A stretch of 64,000 nt of DNA, taken from positions 12,237,187-12,301,186 of the forward strand of contig OZ316898.1 of NCBI GenBank assembly GCA_973895155.1. The letters are read 5' to 3'. Positions 38,402 to 50,033 of the stretch are shown one piece after another. Numbering within the stretch: the first letter of the stretch is position 1; each line of letters begins with the position of its first letter. The translations under genes were made by a program, and so were the position numbers. The DNA comes from Marsupella aquatica. Its lineage: Eukaryota > Plantae > Marchantiophyta. Under the pieces are notes generated by a model. The model did not search any database. It was not told the origin of the DNA and saw only the letters and a list, made by a program, of their open reading frames with translations.

Positions 38402-39464
38402 AAAGTGCCAGCTTGATGTTTATACTATGACAAAGTACGCTATACTGATATGACTTGTCGCAGGAGGCGATTGAGATCTGCACATCACCTGTACTTTAAT
38501 CTTGTACACTTACTTGGTAGTTGATGGGCCATTCAAAGGATTCTGGGAACTTTCCCATAATCCAGATCATGTACAAAATTGTTATTTTGAGAGGTAAGTA
38601 TATCCAGTAAAGATTGATCAATTACTGCATTCTATCGGTGTAAGTCACTTTTAGGTGCAATTGTACCTGCTTATAATAACAGAAATTTCTAAACACTTCC
38701 ACCTTCTAGGCTGGGAAAATGAGTATTATCACCTGTTTGTTGGATAATCAAATTGTGAAAATATTGTCCACAAAAAGCATCAATGGCCTTGTTCTAATTC
38801 TCATGGGATGTTGATCTTGATAGGAAGATTTCCTGAAGTGGTACTTTTGGGTAAAGTACTCGAATGTGCATTATGTACAAATCTGGTGATTCCATTCCAA
38901 AACATAGGACTACTCCCTCCCCGCCTCCATTGTCGCATTTCAATCCAAACTTGTTGAAACGGTTCTTGCAATAAAGATATCCATTCAAGATCAAAGTGTT
39001 GAACATAGATACGAGGTAAATTCCATGGTTCTTGCTTGTGCAAATCAATCTACGGCATGTGTATAATAAGAACATCAAGCGAGTGTCCTAATGATAAGCT
39101 CAAAGCACTCCTCAGAGTGTCTAAATAGGCTCGAAACCTTGAAAGTCCTGAGAGTGTTCTAATAATCTTGGAGCACTCCTCTGAGTATTTTAATAATCTT
39201 AAAACGTTTGGCTAAACTTTCAAAGACAACTTGAAAATCCAGTGTACAACTGAAAAGATAACTTCGGAACCGACTGCAAGGCTGTCAAGTGGGGTTCCAT
39301 AACCCAATAACAGTTTATGAGTGTAACCTGTAGTGCGTGTAGCAAATACAAAGGAAATGTGGACTGGTTTCAAATATTAAATTTCATGGTGGTCTGCAGC
39401 CGTCCTCTTCTCATCTCTGGTCTCATCTGTGGGGCCTGCCGGGGGCTGGTGGAAGCAGGAGGAG

Positions 39465-39639
39465 AACAGCAATTGCAGCACCTTACAATCACATGAAATT
39501 TCAGTCATCCTCTATTCCAACAACTACAAGTTCCATCTACAACTATAATACAAACAGCAATTACAGCACCTTACAATCACATGAAATTTCAGTCACCCTC
39601 TATTCCAACAACTACATGTTCCACCTACAACTATAATAC
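39465..39639. repeat. 88-bp tandem duplication, with a third diverged copy at ~43193-43262
   Basis: aacagcaattRcagcaccttacaatcacatgaaatttcagtca... at 39465 and 39553. Confidence 0.85.
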
Positions 39640-40617
39640 TTGATCACGCCAAAAGTTGTCAATTGCCTGTTTACAAAATGAGATTTGATGGTAACACTTG
39701 CTTACCATTGGATTTATGTTATAGTTTATTCCCACCTTTGATCAGTTACAAATGAATGTAACCAAGCAAACAAGACAATAAAGTATCTAGGTAGTACCTA
39801 GGTGATAATAATTGGGAGTGAACACCTAGTTAGTACAAGTTAAGAACAGCAGAATTTTTTGGTCACATATGAATATTCAATAGTGTACTCAATCATTATA
39901 TGCTACAACATTTATATTATTGGAAGGAAGTAGATGTATAATTAGTAATACTCTCCAAATGGGTGTCTATAATTTTGAACAATATATTTATTAGTGAGAG
40001 GGGAATTTGTGCAGTTTTGCTTTTTATTCTTTCTCAAAAAGTTAAAATTTGATTTTCATTTTTAATGTATCTTTGAGGTAATAAAAGGGGGAAGGAGAGG
40101 TAATGAAAGGGGGAAGGAGTGTCTCCTATATAATACCCTATCCCACCAAAAAGATGGGATAGTCTTTTCCAAACTCATAAAACATGGGAATAGATCTTAG
40201 ACTTGTATCAAAACATTGTTTTTCTACACCATCAGATCTATCCATACACACTGTTTAATATAAATGTCTGCCGAAGCTAAAATTTAGCCTCTTTGCACCT
40301 ACCCAAGATAAAAACTTAATTTTAAATAATCAGTTGTATTTATATCTAGAAAAATGGGAATTTAAATTGAATGTAAATAAAATACACAAAATTCTTATTT
40401 CTCTAAAAAGCATTTCCTCTCACTTGGTTAAACTCTATGACGCCGTGACCGCTATCTCATGTCTCCAGTTTTTATGCGCAACACGGGTTACAAAACACGG
40501 CCACAACAACTATATGGCCAGGATCGCGCACAACATACCCCAACAATTACATGGCAGTGGTGGACCTAGCCACCAAGCGCCCTCACCAATCTCAACGCCC
40601 TTATCAATCCCAGCACC

Positions 40618-40916
40618 CTCGGGGGCCTCAATCCGAGGGGTGTCCCATATCACGCTCAAAGTTTTAGGGAAATAAACACTCTAAAAGTTAAGTCAATAAA
40701 GTTTTTTTTAGGAATTTTTTTACCCATAACTTAATTAAATATTCCAAGAATATTCTTATATTTGATTTTAAAAAACCCTATGATTCTCAAAATTGGATTA
40801 AAAATAACCCTAATGTTCTTCAACAAAAATTTAAAAGTATTTCACTAAACCCAATAAAAAAACCCTATACTTATTCGCGCGTGATGGGTTGGAAGAAAAG
40901 AAGTGAGGACCACGGG
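40618..40916. mobile_element. 299-bp MITE, sibling of 14821-15124, with 8-bp TSD CCAGCACC
   Basis: TSD at 40610-40617 and 40917-40924; ends ctcgggggcctca / tgaggaccacggg. Confidence 0.9.
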
Positions 40917-41289
40917 CCAGCACCCACATCTAAGTGCCCCTGGTACCCGAACGCCTTCACGGAATACCTTGGGCAAGCAACTTGGTGTCTCTTGCATCGC
41001 CCGCGGCCCCTCCCATACGAAGTCGCGCTTGCCCCTAAACTCAACCGCTACTCAACGGTCCTCATTGCCTGCACAAGCAACCAAGCGTCTTGGTAAGTAA
41101 TTCCTCAGGATCTAGAGCTCCCAAGCCTAACATTCTAACTCAAGGTCAACAGACATAGGTAAGTAGGTAAGCGATAGGTCCTCCCGATGCCATAAGCCGA
41201 AACCAGAACCGACACTCATTGTTCATCCAGAATAGCTCCTTCCTTGGGCGCAGTCCGTGTTCCCCCTTGTCCCTATCCATCACCAACTG

Positions 41290-42357
41290 ACCATCCTGCC
41301 CCAGGACATGCTCACGGCCCAAATAGTATAGCTTGTCCTAAAGCTTGTCCCAACACACCGGGACCAGAAAGGCCTAGACTCTAGCAACCAACTCCTAGTT
41401 CTCGCCCAATTGATGGACTAGGGGCCAAGTTCCCTTGGAACTCAACCTCCATGCCTACTTGGCCTTGCCTCCCCAACGCAAGCTCCCTTGAGAGACTGAA
41501 CACGGCTTGGCTGCTATTTCGGCAGGATTTGGCAAGCGGGCGAGATAGCCCCCGCAAACTCTGAGAACCTATGGCACCCCCAGACCCAACTGAGCTCAGG
41601 AGGATGTAGCCCTCCTTGATAGTTTTCCCACACACCCAAGAAGTCCTCCAACGGACTTCCCATTGGGAAGTTATCACCATTTCTGTTTGACGTTTTTCCT
41701 TAGTGTTGCGACCGCCACGGCTCACGACTTCGGCTCGCCCTTAGCCCCCAGGGATACACCACTCCCTCATATATGCTTTTGGAGACGTGTTACCCCCTGA
41801 CCAACTTTGGTCACCAAATTTTGGCCCCCCACCTGGACCTCAACCTGCATGATTGGGTATGTCACCAACTGGCAATGCCCATAACTTTCTAGTTAGGTGT
41901 CCACAAGCAGAGTGCCTTAGCCCATTGTGATCGGGCCAACCCTATGCTCATGCCTAGGCCCTCAGATCCCATTGTCGCCCTGGGCCCCCGATCGGCCAAA
42001 CCCGGATTGGGCCATAACTCGCGCCCCAAGCGTCTGTTGCCCATGGAGTCAACTCCATTGGCATTGGGCCCAAGAGGAGCTCTCACACAAGCCCTCAAAA
42101 CTCAAAGTCCATCCGGGAGTCCGGACAGTCAACCTTGAGCCCGGCTCTTTTCCCCTTGACCCGACCAGCTCTCAACTAGTCTAAGTCCTTAGTGTGTGTC
42201 ACTAGCTTAGTGCCTTGCCTTAGCCAGTGCCACGCCCTGTTGCCCACAATGGTAAGTCCTCCCCGGATGGCCTATCCGGGCTTGGACCATAAGAGAGCTC
42301 AGCGTCGGAGTCAGCAACGCCAAAACTAAGTGTTAAGGTAGTCGAGTTCCGCGACTA
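41290..42357. repeat. GC-rich dispersed element, unclassified (longer version of 31250-31533)
   Basis: Shared terminus and internal segments with the 31.3-kb copy. Confidence 0.55.
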
Positions 42358-42369
42358 TGGCAAAGCTCT

Positions 42370-43159
42370 TTTATATGCCTCACCTTAGCATCTTTTCTCA
42401 CCTTCGTACATTTTTCTAATCTTTACATATATTTTTGCTCTTCAACATCTTTTCCTTGCCTTGACATAGTTTTCTCATTTCGCCATGTTTTTCTCACATT
42501 CACATCTTTACCTCACCATGACATTTTTCCTCGATATGTGTTCTCCCCTTGACATTTTTTCTCTACTCGAGATCTTTTCTTGCTTTGACATCTTTTCCTC
42601 ACCTCAACATTTTTTTCTTATATAGCCATATTTTTCTCACCTTGACATTTTTATCTCACCCCAACATCTTTCCCTCATCCTCGATATTTTTTTCTCTTCT
42701 CAACATCTTTCTCTCATTTTTATATCTTTTTCTCTCACCTCGATGTCTTTTTCTCTCATCAACATCTTTTTCATCTTGACACCTTTCCTTACCTCAAAAT
42801 CTTTTTCTTATATTGCCATCCGTTTCTCACCTTGACATCTATATCTCCCCACAACATCTTTCCCTCACCCACACCATTTTTTTCTCAAGGACTCAACATC
42901 TTTACATATTTTCCTCACCTCAATTTCTTTTTCTCACCTTGACATCTTTTTCTCTCATCGACATCTTTTTTCATCTAGACATCTTTTTCTCACCTCCATA
43001 TCTTTTTCTCTCATCAACATCTTTTTCATCTCGACATCTTTTTCCTCACCTCAACTTATTTTTCTCACCTTACATCATTTTCTCTCATCAATTTTTTTCA
43101 TCTCAACATCTTTTTCGTCACCTCAACATCTTTTGTGCAACGCACAAGCATTGGGCTGG
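42370..43159 (+). mobile_element. Non-autonomous Helitron 3' portion, copy B
   Basis: CT-rich units, then gtgcaacgcac hairpin and gggCTGG|T. Confidence 0.72.
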
Positions 43160-44419
43160 TGACTATACGATTTACCTGGAGCCCAGGGGAACTGCAATGG
43201 CAGCACCTTACAATCGCATATAAAATTGCAGTCACCCTCTATTATAACAACTACAAGTTCCCTGACTTCGTGATTTATTGAACAATACAGCGCACAAATC
43301 TATCCAAGAAGAAGGCCCTTTTCGACTCAACCACTACTAAAATAATGATAAGCTCATGGGGTAAAGAAACTACACTGGGTGGGACAAAGAAAACTACAGG
43401 GCAAAGAAATATCGATGGGAGGGGGCAAAGAAAAGGAATGGACGTGCAAACTAAAAAAACAACCAGTGCACACCCACCCCATTCCCTTTATTTCCTTACC
43501 CTTCTCTCTACAACCAGCCCCTTCCTAATTCTCGTTCCCCTCAGTTCTGCCCTAGCATCAATTCTTAGGGATCCCCTAGTCCTGTTTTTGATCCTTCGCA
43601 GCTTAATACCGTTGTTTGCAAAGTCCAAATGTAGACGGAAAAGACAAGCAACCACCCCTCATTTGCAGGCCAATGACTGACTGACACCTTGCAGCTTTAA
43701 CTGCCCGGTAACTATGTAGTAACTGGATCAAGTAAGCGTTAGTGAGTAGGGTATGTGGGCACGGCATAGCCCTACCTGGAACCCTAAACCCTGTTGTACT
43801 GTAACATGAGTTAAGTCAACCAACTTGAGTTCAACATGTCAAATCTTACTTAGTTTTGATCCAAATAAATCATGAAATTTACCTCATTGAATTCTCTATT
43901 TTCCTACCTTAGATTGAACTATGAACTGTTCACCATAGATTGTATTTCCTTTACAACAATACTCTATAAATGAAACCTCTAAACCTTGATTGTGGATTGC
44001 ATATCGTAGCCTTTGATTAGCCGAAAAGCAATCTTAGAGCACACAAGACAAAGTATTTTGGTATACCATAAAGATTATCTAGGAGGACCATGATTGTATA
44101 CCACATATGTGCTTGGTTTGACCTGACGCGCAACTTGACGTCTTGCCCAACACGTAAAATAGTCAATGATGGCCCAAAAGCGCCCGATTTGATGCATATT
44201 CCAAGTTATTCCTGGATGATTCTCAAACTTTCCCAGACTCCGTCCTGACCCGGTCCTACGGTCCTACAGACTCCCACGGTTTAGCGAGTCGGTCCCTCGG
44301 TTCGGGGTTGTGGCTGGTGTCGTAAGGAAATTAGATTATATGAAGAATAGTTTGGTTTTGTGTAAAAATTTAAAAATAAAGATTTTTGTGGTAAAAAGTA
44401 GATTTTTATTTTTACCAAA

Positions 44420-44740
44420 GTAAAATTGTAAGTCTTGGTAATTTTCAAGAAATTATCACAGTAAAAAGTGATTTCTAGAATTTACCATAGTAAAAAATAA
44501 AATTCTAGTAACTTCTAGAATCTACCATAGTAAATAGTAATTTCTAGAATTTACCATGTAAAAAATAAATTTTGGTAACTTCAAGAATTTACCATAGTAA
44601 ATAATAATTTCTAGAATTTACCATAATAAAAAAGTAACTTTTGGTAACTTCTAGAATCTACTATAGTAAATAGTAATTTCTTGAATTTACCATAGTAAAA
44701 AATTAATTCCGGTAACTTCTAGAATTTTACCATTATAAAA
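44420..44740. repeat. AT-rich ~30-bp tandem repeat (gtaatttctagaatttaccatagtaaa), probably inside an LTR-like element
   Basis: About 9-10 units directly visible. Confidence 0.8.
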
Positions 44741-46559
44741 TTTACTATGATAAAAAGTAAAATCTGACAGTAAGTTTTAGTAAGTTTTAGTATCTTCTAG
44801 GATACTCTTGTAAAAGAACCAGCGTGGCCCGGCTCCAACTATAAACAAGAGGGAGGCTCACCCTTCTAGAGGAAGTTTTTAGCATTTCAAGTATATGAGT
44901 GTGAGGATAAAGCATAGAGTGCATATTATGTACATTAGATTTGCCTTGGAGGAATGTTTTAACATCGATTTAACTAAATAGAATGGATATGCCATCGGTT
45001 TCTATGGTGGAAGGATTCTAAGTTTCATGATTCTTGGTCATGGAAGGCATTGCCACCACTTGATTACCTTGAAAATGAAGCTTTGAATCTAGCAAGGTCG
45101 GCTATGTCACCAATACCATAAATAGAACGTCTAAAACCATGTGATCAAATAGGGATGGCTCTGTCGCTGAACCTCTCTTAGTTAAAAAGCATATAGGAAG
45201 TATGAATGTCAATATTGATTTGAATGAGAGTTCGTCATTTCTGAATTTCCGTTCTACAGTGAATATTAAATTGATATAAAGAAAAAGATAGATACCAAAC
45301 AGGTTCTTGCAAGGAAGTTTGGAGAAGAAGAATACACTACAATTATTGCATCGTCAGATCCATTAATACTCTATAGATGCACAAATGAGGATGTGAATGT
45401 TTTCTTATTAGTGTAATAGATGAGAGATCATAGTCAAAAGTTCAAAGAAGTACATAGAGAAGATTATCACTTGGAGAAAAAATTTGTGGAGTGTGAGCTT
45501 GACCCCGACTACTCTGGTATTATTGTCAATATATGGAGTAGATCACACATATCTCTTGGCGAGTCTCTTGGTACCAAAAGTGCTTAGGAATCCTTGCAAA
45601 AAAAGGACGACCTTCCCACCCAATTTATCTGGAAAAAATCGCAAGAAGCACAGGGGTAACCCAAGAAACTTGAAAAATGGTCGGGAGGGGACAAGGCTCT
45701 CAAGTGAATTGGTTCTAAGCATGAGGTCTCTTACAAAGTGGTGAATAGGGTAATTAGCACATGCAGTCAGACACTCGGGGTGTTCTTGACAGCTTATTAT
45801 TCCCAGGACATCGGGTGGGGTTGGGGCCGACTGGGTGTGTGGGGCCACCTGCGAGGTTGGGGTCAGACCGGGTCAAAAATGGTGGGGGCGGGGCGGGGCG
45901 GTGGGTAGGGAACCAAGCAAGGTCGGGGCGGCATCGGGGCTGGGTGGGTGAGGGACCGTGGGACCAGGTGCCCGAGTGACACGATGATGTGATGACAGGG
46001 TCAAGACCCCCAGTATGTCTGTCATGGCTGAACCAGGCATATGTGAGTGCTAGATGTGTTGCCATTGGGATGCGTGCACTTGAGACACATTTACGAGGGG
46101 ACAGGGACTAGAGAGCCCTAAAATTCAAAGTAGGGAGGAGAAATTATTGATGCACCCAGTGGTCCATACCCAGAAATTAAGGATGCACCCATAGGTCCAT
46201 ACCTCCTCCAGTAAATAAGTAGGGAAAGGGGATGAGATAGGGGGATGAGACAAAGTGCAGCAAAGGAAAGTGAAATACAAAATTACGTAATAGTAGGAAA
46301 CTGCAAGAGGGAAAAAACAAGAGAAAATGGACACCCTTGCCTTTTATTGGGTTGGGGGAGCAAAATTAAACCAAGAGAGGGAAAATACAAGATTTTGTCT
46401 TCTTATTTTTTTGTTTTGTTTTGGGGGGGGTGGGAAGGGAGGGGGTGAGGCAGCCCAAGAGGAAGAGAGAGGAGGCCACAAGGGCGAGCATGTCACCCTT
46501 GCCTAGAGTTGGGTCGATGAGCTTGCCTTGATTGTCATCACCTATATATTGGTCGTGAT

Positions 46560-47015
46560 CACGCATAACATGTCTCAACAACTACATTGCAAAGCCTATA
46601 TTTTCTTGACTTGTCGTGACATCTTTCCTTGACATCTTTTTATAATCTTTTATATATATTTTTATCCTCAACACCTTTTACTTGCCTAAGTGTCATCTTT
46701 TTTCTCATCATGCCATGTTTTTCTCACCTTGACATCTTTTCTCTCATTGATGTCTTTTCTCACCTCAACATCTCTTCTTGCCATATTTTGTTTAAGCTTT
46801 ACATCTTTGTCTCATCCTTGAGATCTTTTCTCTCATTCACACTTTTTCTCTCATATTTTCTTCACCTCAACATATTTTTCTCATCTCACCACCTTTCCTC
46901 TCCTTGACATCTTTTCCTCACTTCAACATCATTTTCTCTCCTTGACATCTATTTTCTCCTCAACATGTTTTTCTCACCTTGACATCTTTCGTGCAACGCA
47001 CAGACATTGGGCTAG
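46560..47015 (+). mobile_element. Non-autonomous Helitron 3' portion, copy C
   Basis: Shares taacatg.ctca.caactacatt.caa with copy A; ends in gtgcaacgcac hairpin and gggCTAG. Confidence 0.75.
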
Positions 47016-47018
47016 GAT

Positions 47019-47470
47019 TGTAATAATAGATAATTGTTCTCAAAGATTCTCATAAATCATACTTAGAATATTACTTGAAGATGCATAATTAGATTATTTG
47101 TAACAAAATTTAGAATGTTCTTGTAAGATACCTAGGCAATAAGGTAGCTTGAGATAGAAGAAAATAAATAAAGAGAGCTACAAGCGTCGTGTACTACAAA
47201 AAACTTGAAAAGGTTGTGAGTTAGGTGTGCACAAAGGAAATAGAAAATGGTCGTAGTAAGATGTGCTAGGAAAGAACCAAAATAGATACATAATAAGAGG
47301 TGCTAGAAAGAAACTTCTAAAAGTTTTGAAAATGCACTAGTTTTTGGGAGAATTCTTGTACCAAACACTATATATGTTGAAGGAAACTTGACTTCTAACT
47401 ATAGTAATTACTAATTCTCATTGCTAAGAGTCTTGGTAGTACATTAGTGAAATGTTGGACCAAGCTAGGA
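47019..47470 (+). mobile_element. LTR-like repeat related to 53358-53721
   Basis: Both begin TGTAATAAT and share ttagaatgtt, cttgagataga and tgggagaa..cttgtaccaaacacta. Confidence 0.45.
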
Positions 47471-50033
47471 AAACTTTGATTTTAGATAGGGGCACATAAA
47501 TCACAAGTTTTTTTGGCAAAAACTTATTTGGGTTTGAAAAAATAGAAATTTTATATTTTTTTGGAAAAATTTATGAAACCCAAACAAAAAGGGTACAATC
47601 ACTCACAACATTTGAACCCAAGACTGATTAAACCAGTGACCGACCAAACACAAAGTATGGCTAGCAAACAAGAAGTGTGTCTTTGATTTTGCAAAAAATG
47701 GGAAAATGAACTAAAATTTATGTCAAAAACTTGAATGCAAGGAGGAATCCAACATTGGATTCCAAGTTGGGATACTTAATTTCTTACCAAAATGGCAAAT
47801 CCTTTAAAAGATTGACTTCATAACACTTCATCTCTCAAAAAATGGGAGAACATATAACCCGTAAAACAATGATTCTGAAGTCCTCTCTCCTGAAGATAAA
47901 TCAATGCGTCCTCCCAACCACCAACAATTCCATTTGACAAGAAAATAACATAAACCAAAATAGGATGTACATTGTATCCCATTTCATATCCATCCGTTAA
48001 AATTCAACCAGAAACATGCTAAGTCAATCATTTGGCGCATGTATTTTACCAGAAAGGTTAAGCCATATTTGAATATTCACCAACTGTAAAACAACCTACC
48101 AAGCTAAATTTATTGTCGACCACAGTTGATCTACACAGTCAGTTAAGTTGACCAAGCACACCTTTGCAACATATTTTAGGCCAGAACGTCACATGAATTA
48201 ATACAAGATGGGATCCACTATCCAATATTGTATTCAACCTCCTTCATTTACCACCCGCCACTCTCCATCTCATAGTTGATAGGTGTGAGTACTAACACAG
48301 ATCCATGGATCCCAACTCTTTTCCCAGAAACCAGGGATGAATACCAAATGGGATCCATGGATGATCCCATTTTTCCTCCCAAGTTCAAAAAGAACTCAAC
48401 AGACCAAGGATGAATACCAATCTATTCAATAAAAGTGAATTCTTATTTGATGTAAGAACATTTGGGCAACAGAAAGTGTCAATTTGACTTTAGAAAAATG
48501 TACATCTAAGCAAGCAACAAAGATGATGGCCTTTAGACGTACCACCATGTTCATCCTCTGTAAATGAACTATGATTAGACTCTTTCTAGTAAAAGATCTT
48601 CCCCCCCCCCCCTCAAGTTTACAATTGATAATTTAAGTGTAGAGTATTGTACCATAATGTACATTTTGGAATTAAGAAATATATTTAGAGACCAAAAAGT
48701 GGATTTAGAGGCCTAAAGTGTTCACAATTATACACTTTTAATGAATAGAGTGATAAAATGGGATTCACAAATCATATTTTTTTTAATTGCAAAAAGAACT
48801 CAATAGCAGCCAAGGATGAATGCCATCCACAATTTTTCTCAATTCTAAAATGAACTAAACAAAAATTGAGGGTGAATACCAAATGGGGTCCATGGATACC
48901 ATCTAGTATTCGACCGCCAAAATTTGCCCTTGCTACACCTTGCACCTTGATATTGAGATTTGAATATACCAACATAGATCCATGGATCCCATTTGTCAAT
49001 CCAACTCCAAAGCAATTCTAGATCATTCCTTGCTCATCACAACCCCGATCATATCCATTTTTTACTCTTTTAGAAATTTGTACGGACCGATCAACGGACC
49101 TATTGGAAAATGGAGGCAAATACCTAGTGGGTCTGTGGGCTCCACCTCAGATTCAAAGTTTTGGATTGGCCCTCGACCACAAGCCCTCCTCCATTTTCAC
49201 ATTTAAATACCAAATTGAATCCCATTTGGTTTTTGTAAAGTTCTTATCATTGTTTGTAAAGTTCCAGATTTGTAAAATAACATGCTTTGATATCAAATGG
49301 AATCCATGGATCCCACTTGGTATTCACTTATGATTTTTTCATTTCTAGATTTGTGAAATAACATGTTTGAATACCAAATGGGATACTCCCTATCCAACTT
49401 GGTGTCTTAATGTTTATAAATGTTTTGTGGATTCTTTGAGAAATGTACTCTGATTTTTTGGTAGATTTTTTTTGGTCTCAAATGCTTATATTTCTGTTTT
49501 TTTTTTTGGCAGCATGGAGTGAAGCAGCTGAAGGGTCTCAAGCTCTACTTTCTGAAAATGTCATTTATGAACAATTTGGATGAATATACACAAAGATATG
49601 ACTTCCAAAGCATGAGAGTGTACAAACTTAAATTTTCTATAATTGTTAATTTTGCCCCAAAACTTAGTTTGATCACATTTTAGTCAAACTTCAATCATTA
49701 CTCATTATGTACCAATTTAATGTTAGATGATGAAATCTTTTCAATCCATTATTGGGTTTGGACTCAGTCACACTTAGAAACACATGAATTCTTGTCAAAG
49801 CTGGGGAAGTTAAGTATGAATTTGGATCATTTCAAGTTGATCAGCTAGATAGGGTCTTTGGATTTGACTTTGAAGAAATAATTGAGAGTGTGCTTAGAGG
49901 CTTAGAGTTAGGAATGACTAGGGATTTCATTTGGGATTATTTGGGTTTCTTAAACCCAAGTTGATTTTTTCTACTTTCTATGATCCAAAGATTGATGGTC
50001 AAACCAAATGTGTCAATTTAACTATCAAATTAA

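Noticed and set aside
42549-43223. Phe/Ser/Leu-rich ORFs resembling membrane proteins (also 46629-46907 and 8694-8894)
   Set aside because: Translations of the Helitron CT-rich repeat
45884-45910. G-quadruplex-forming G-run cluster
   Set aside because: Lies in a GC-rich TE-like fragment with no evidence of function
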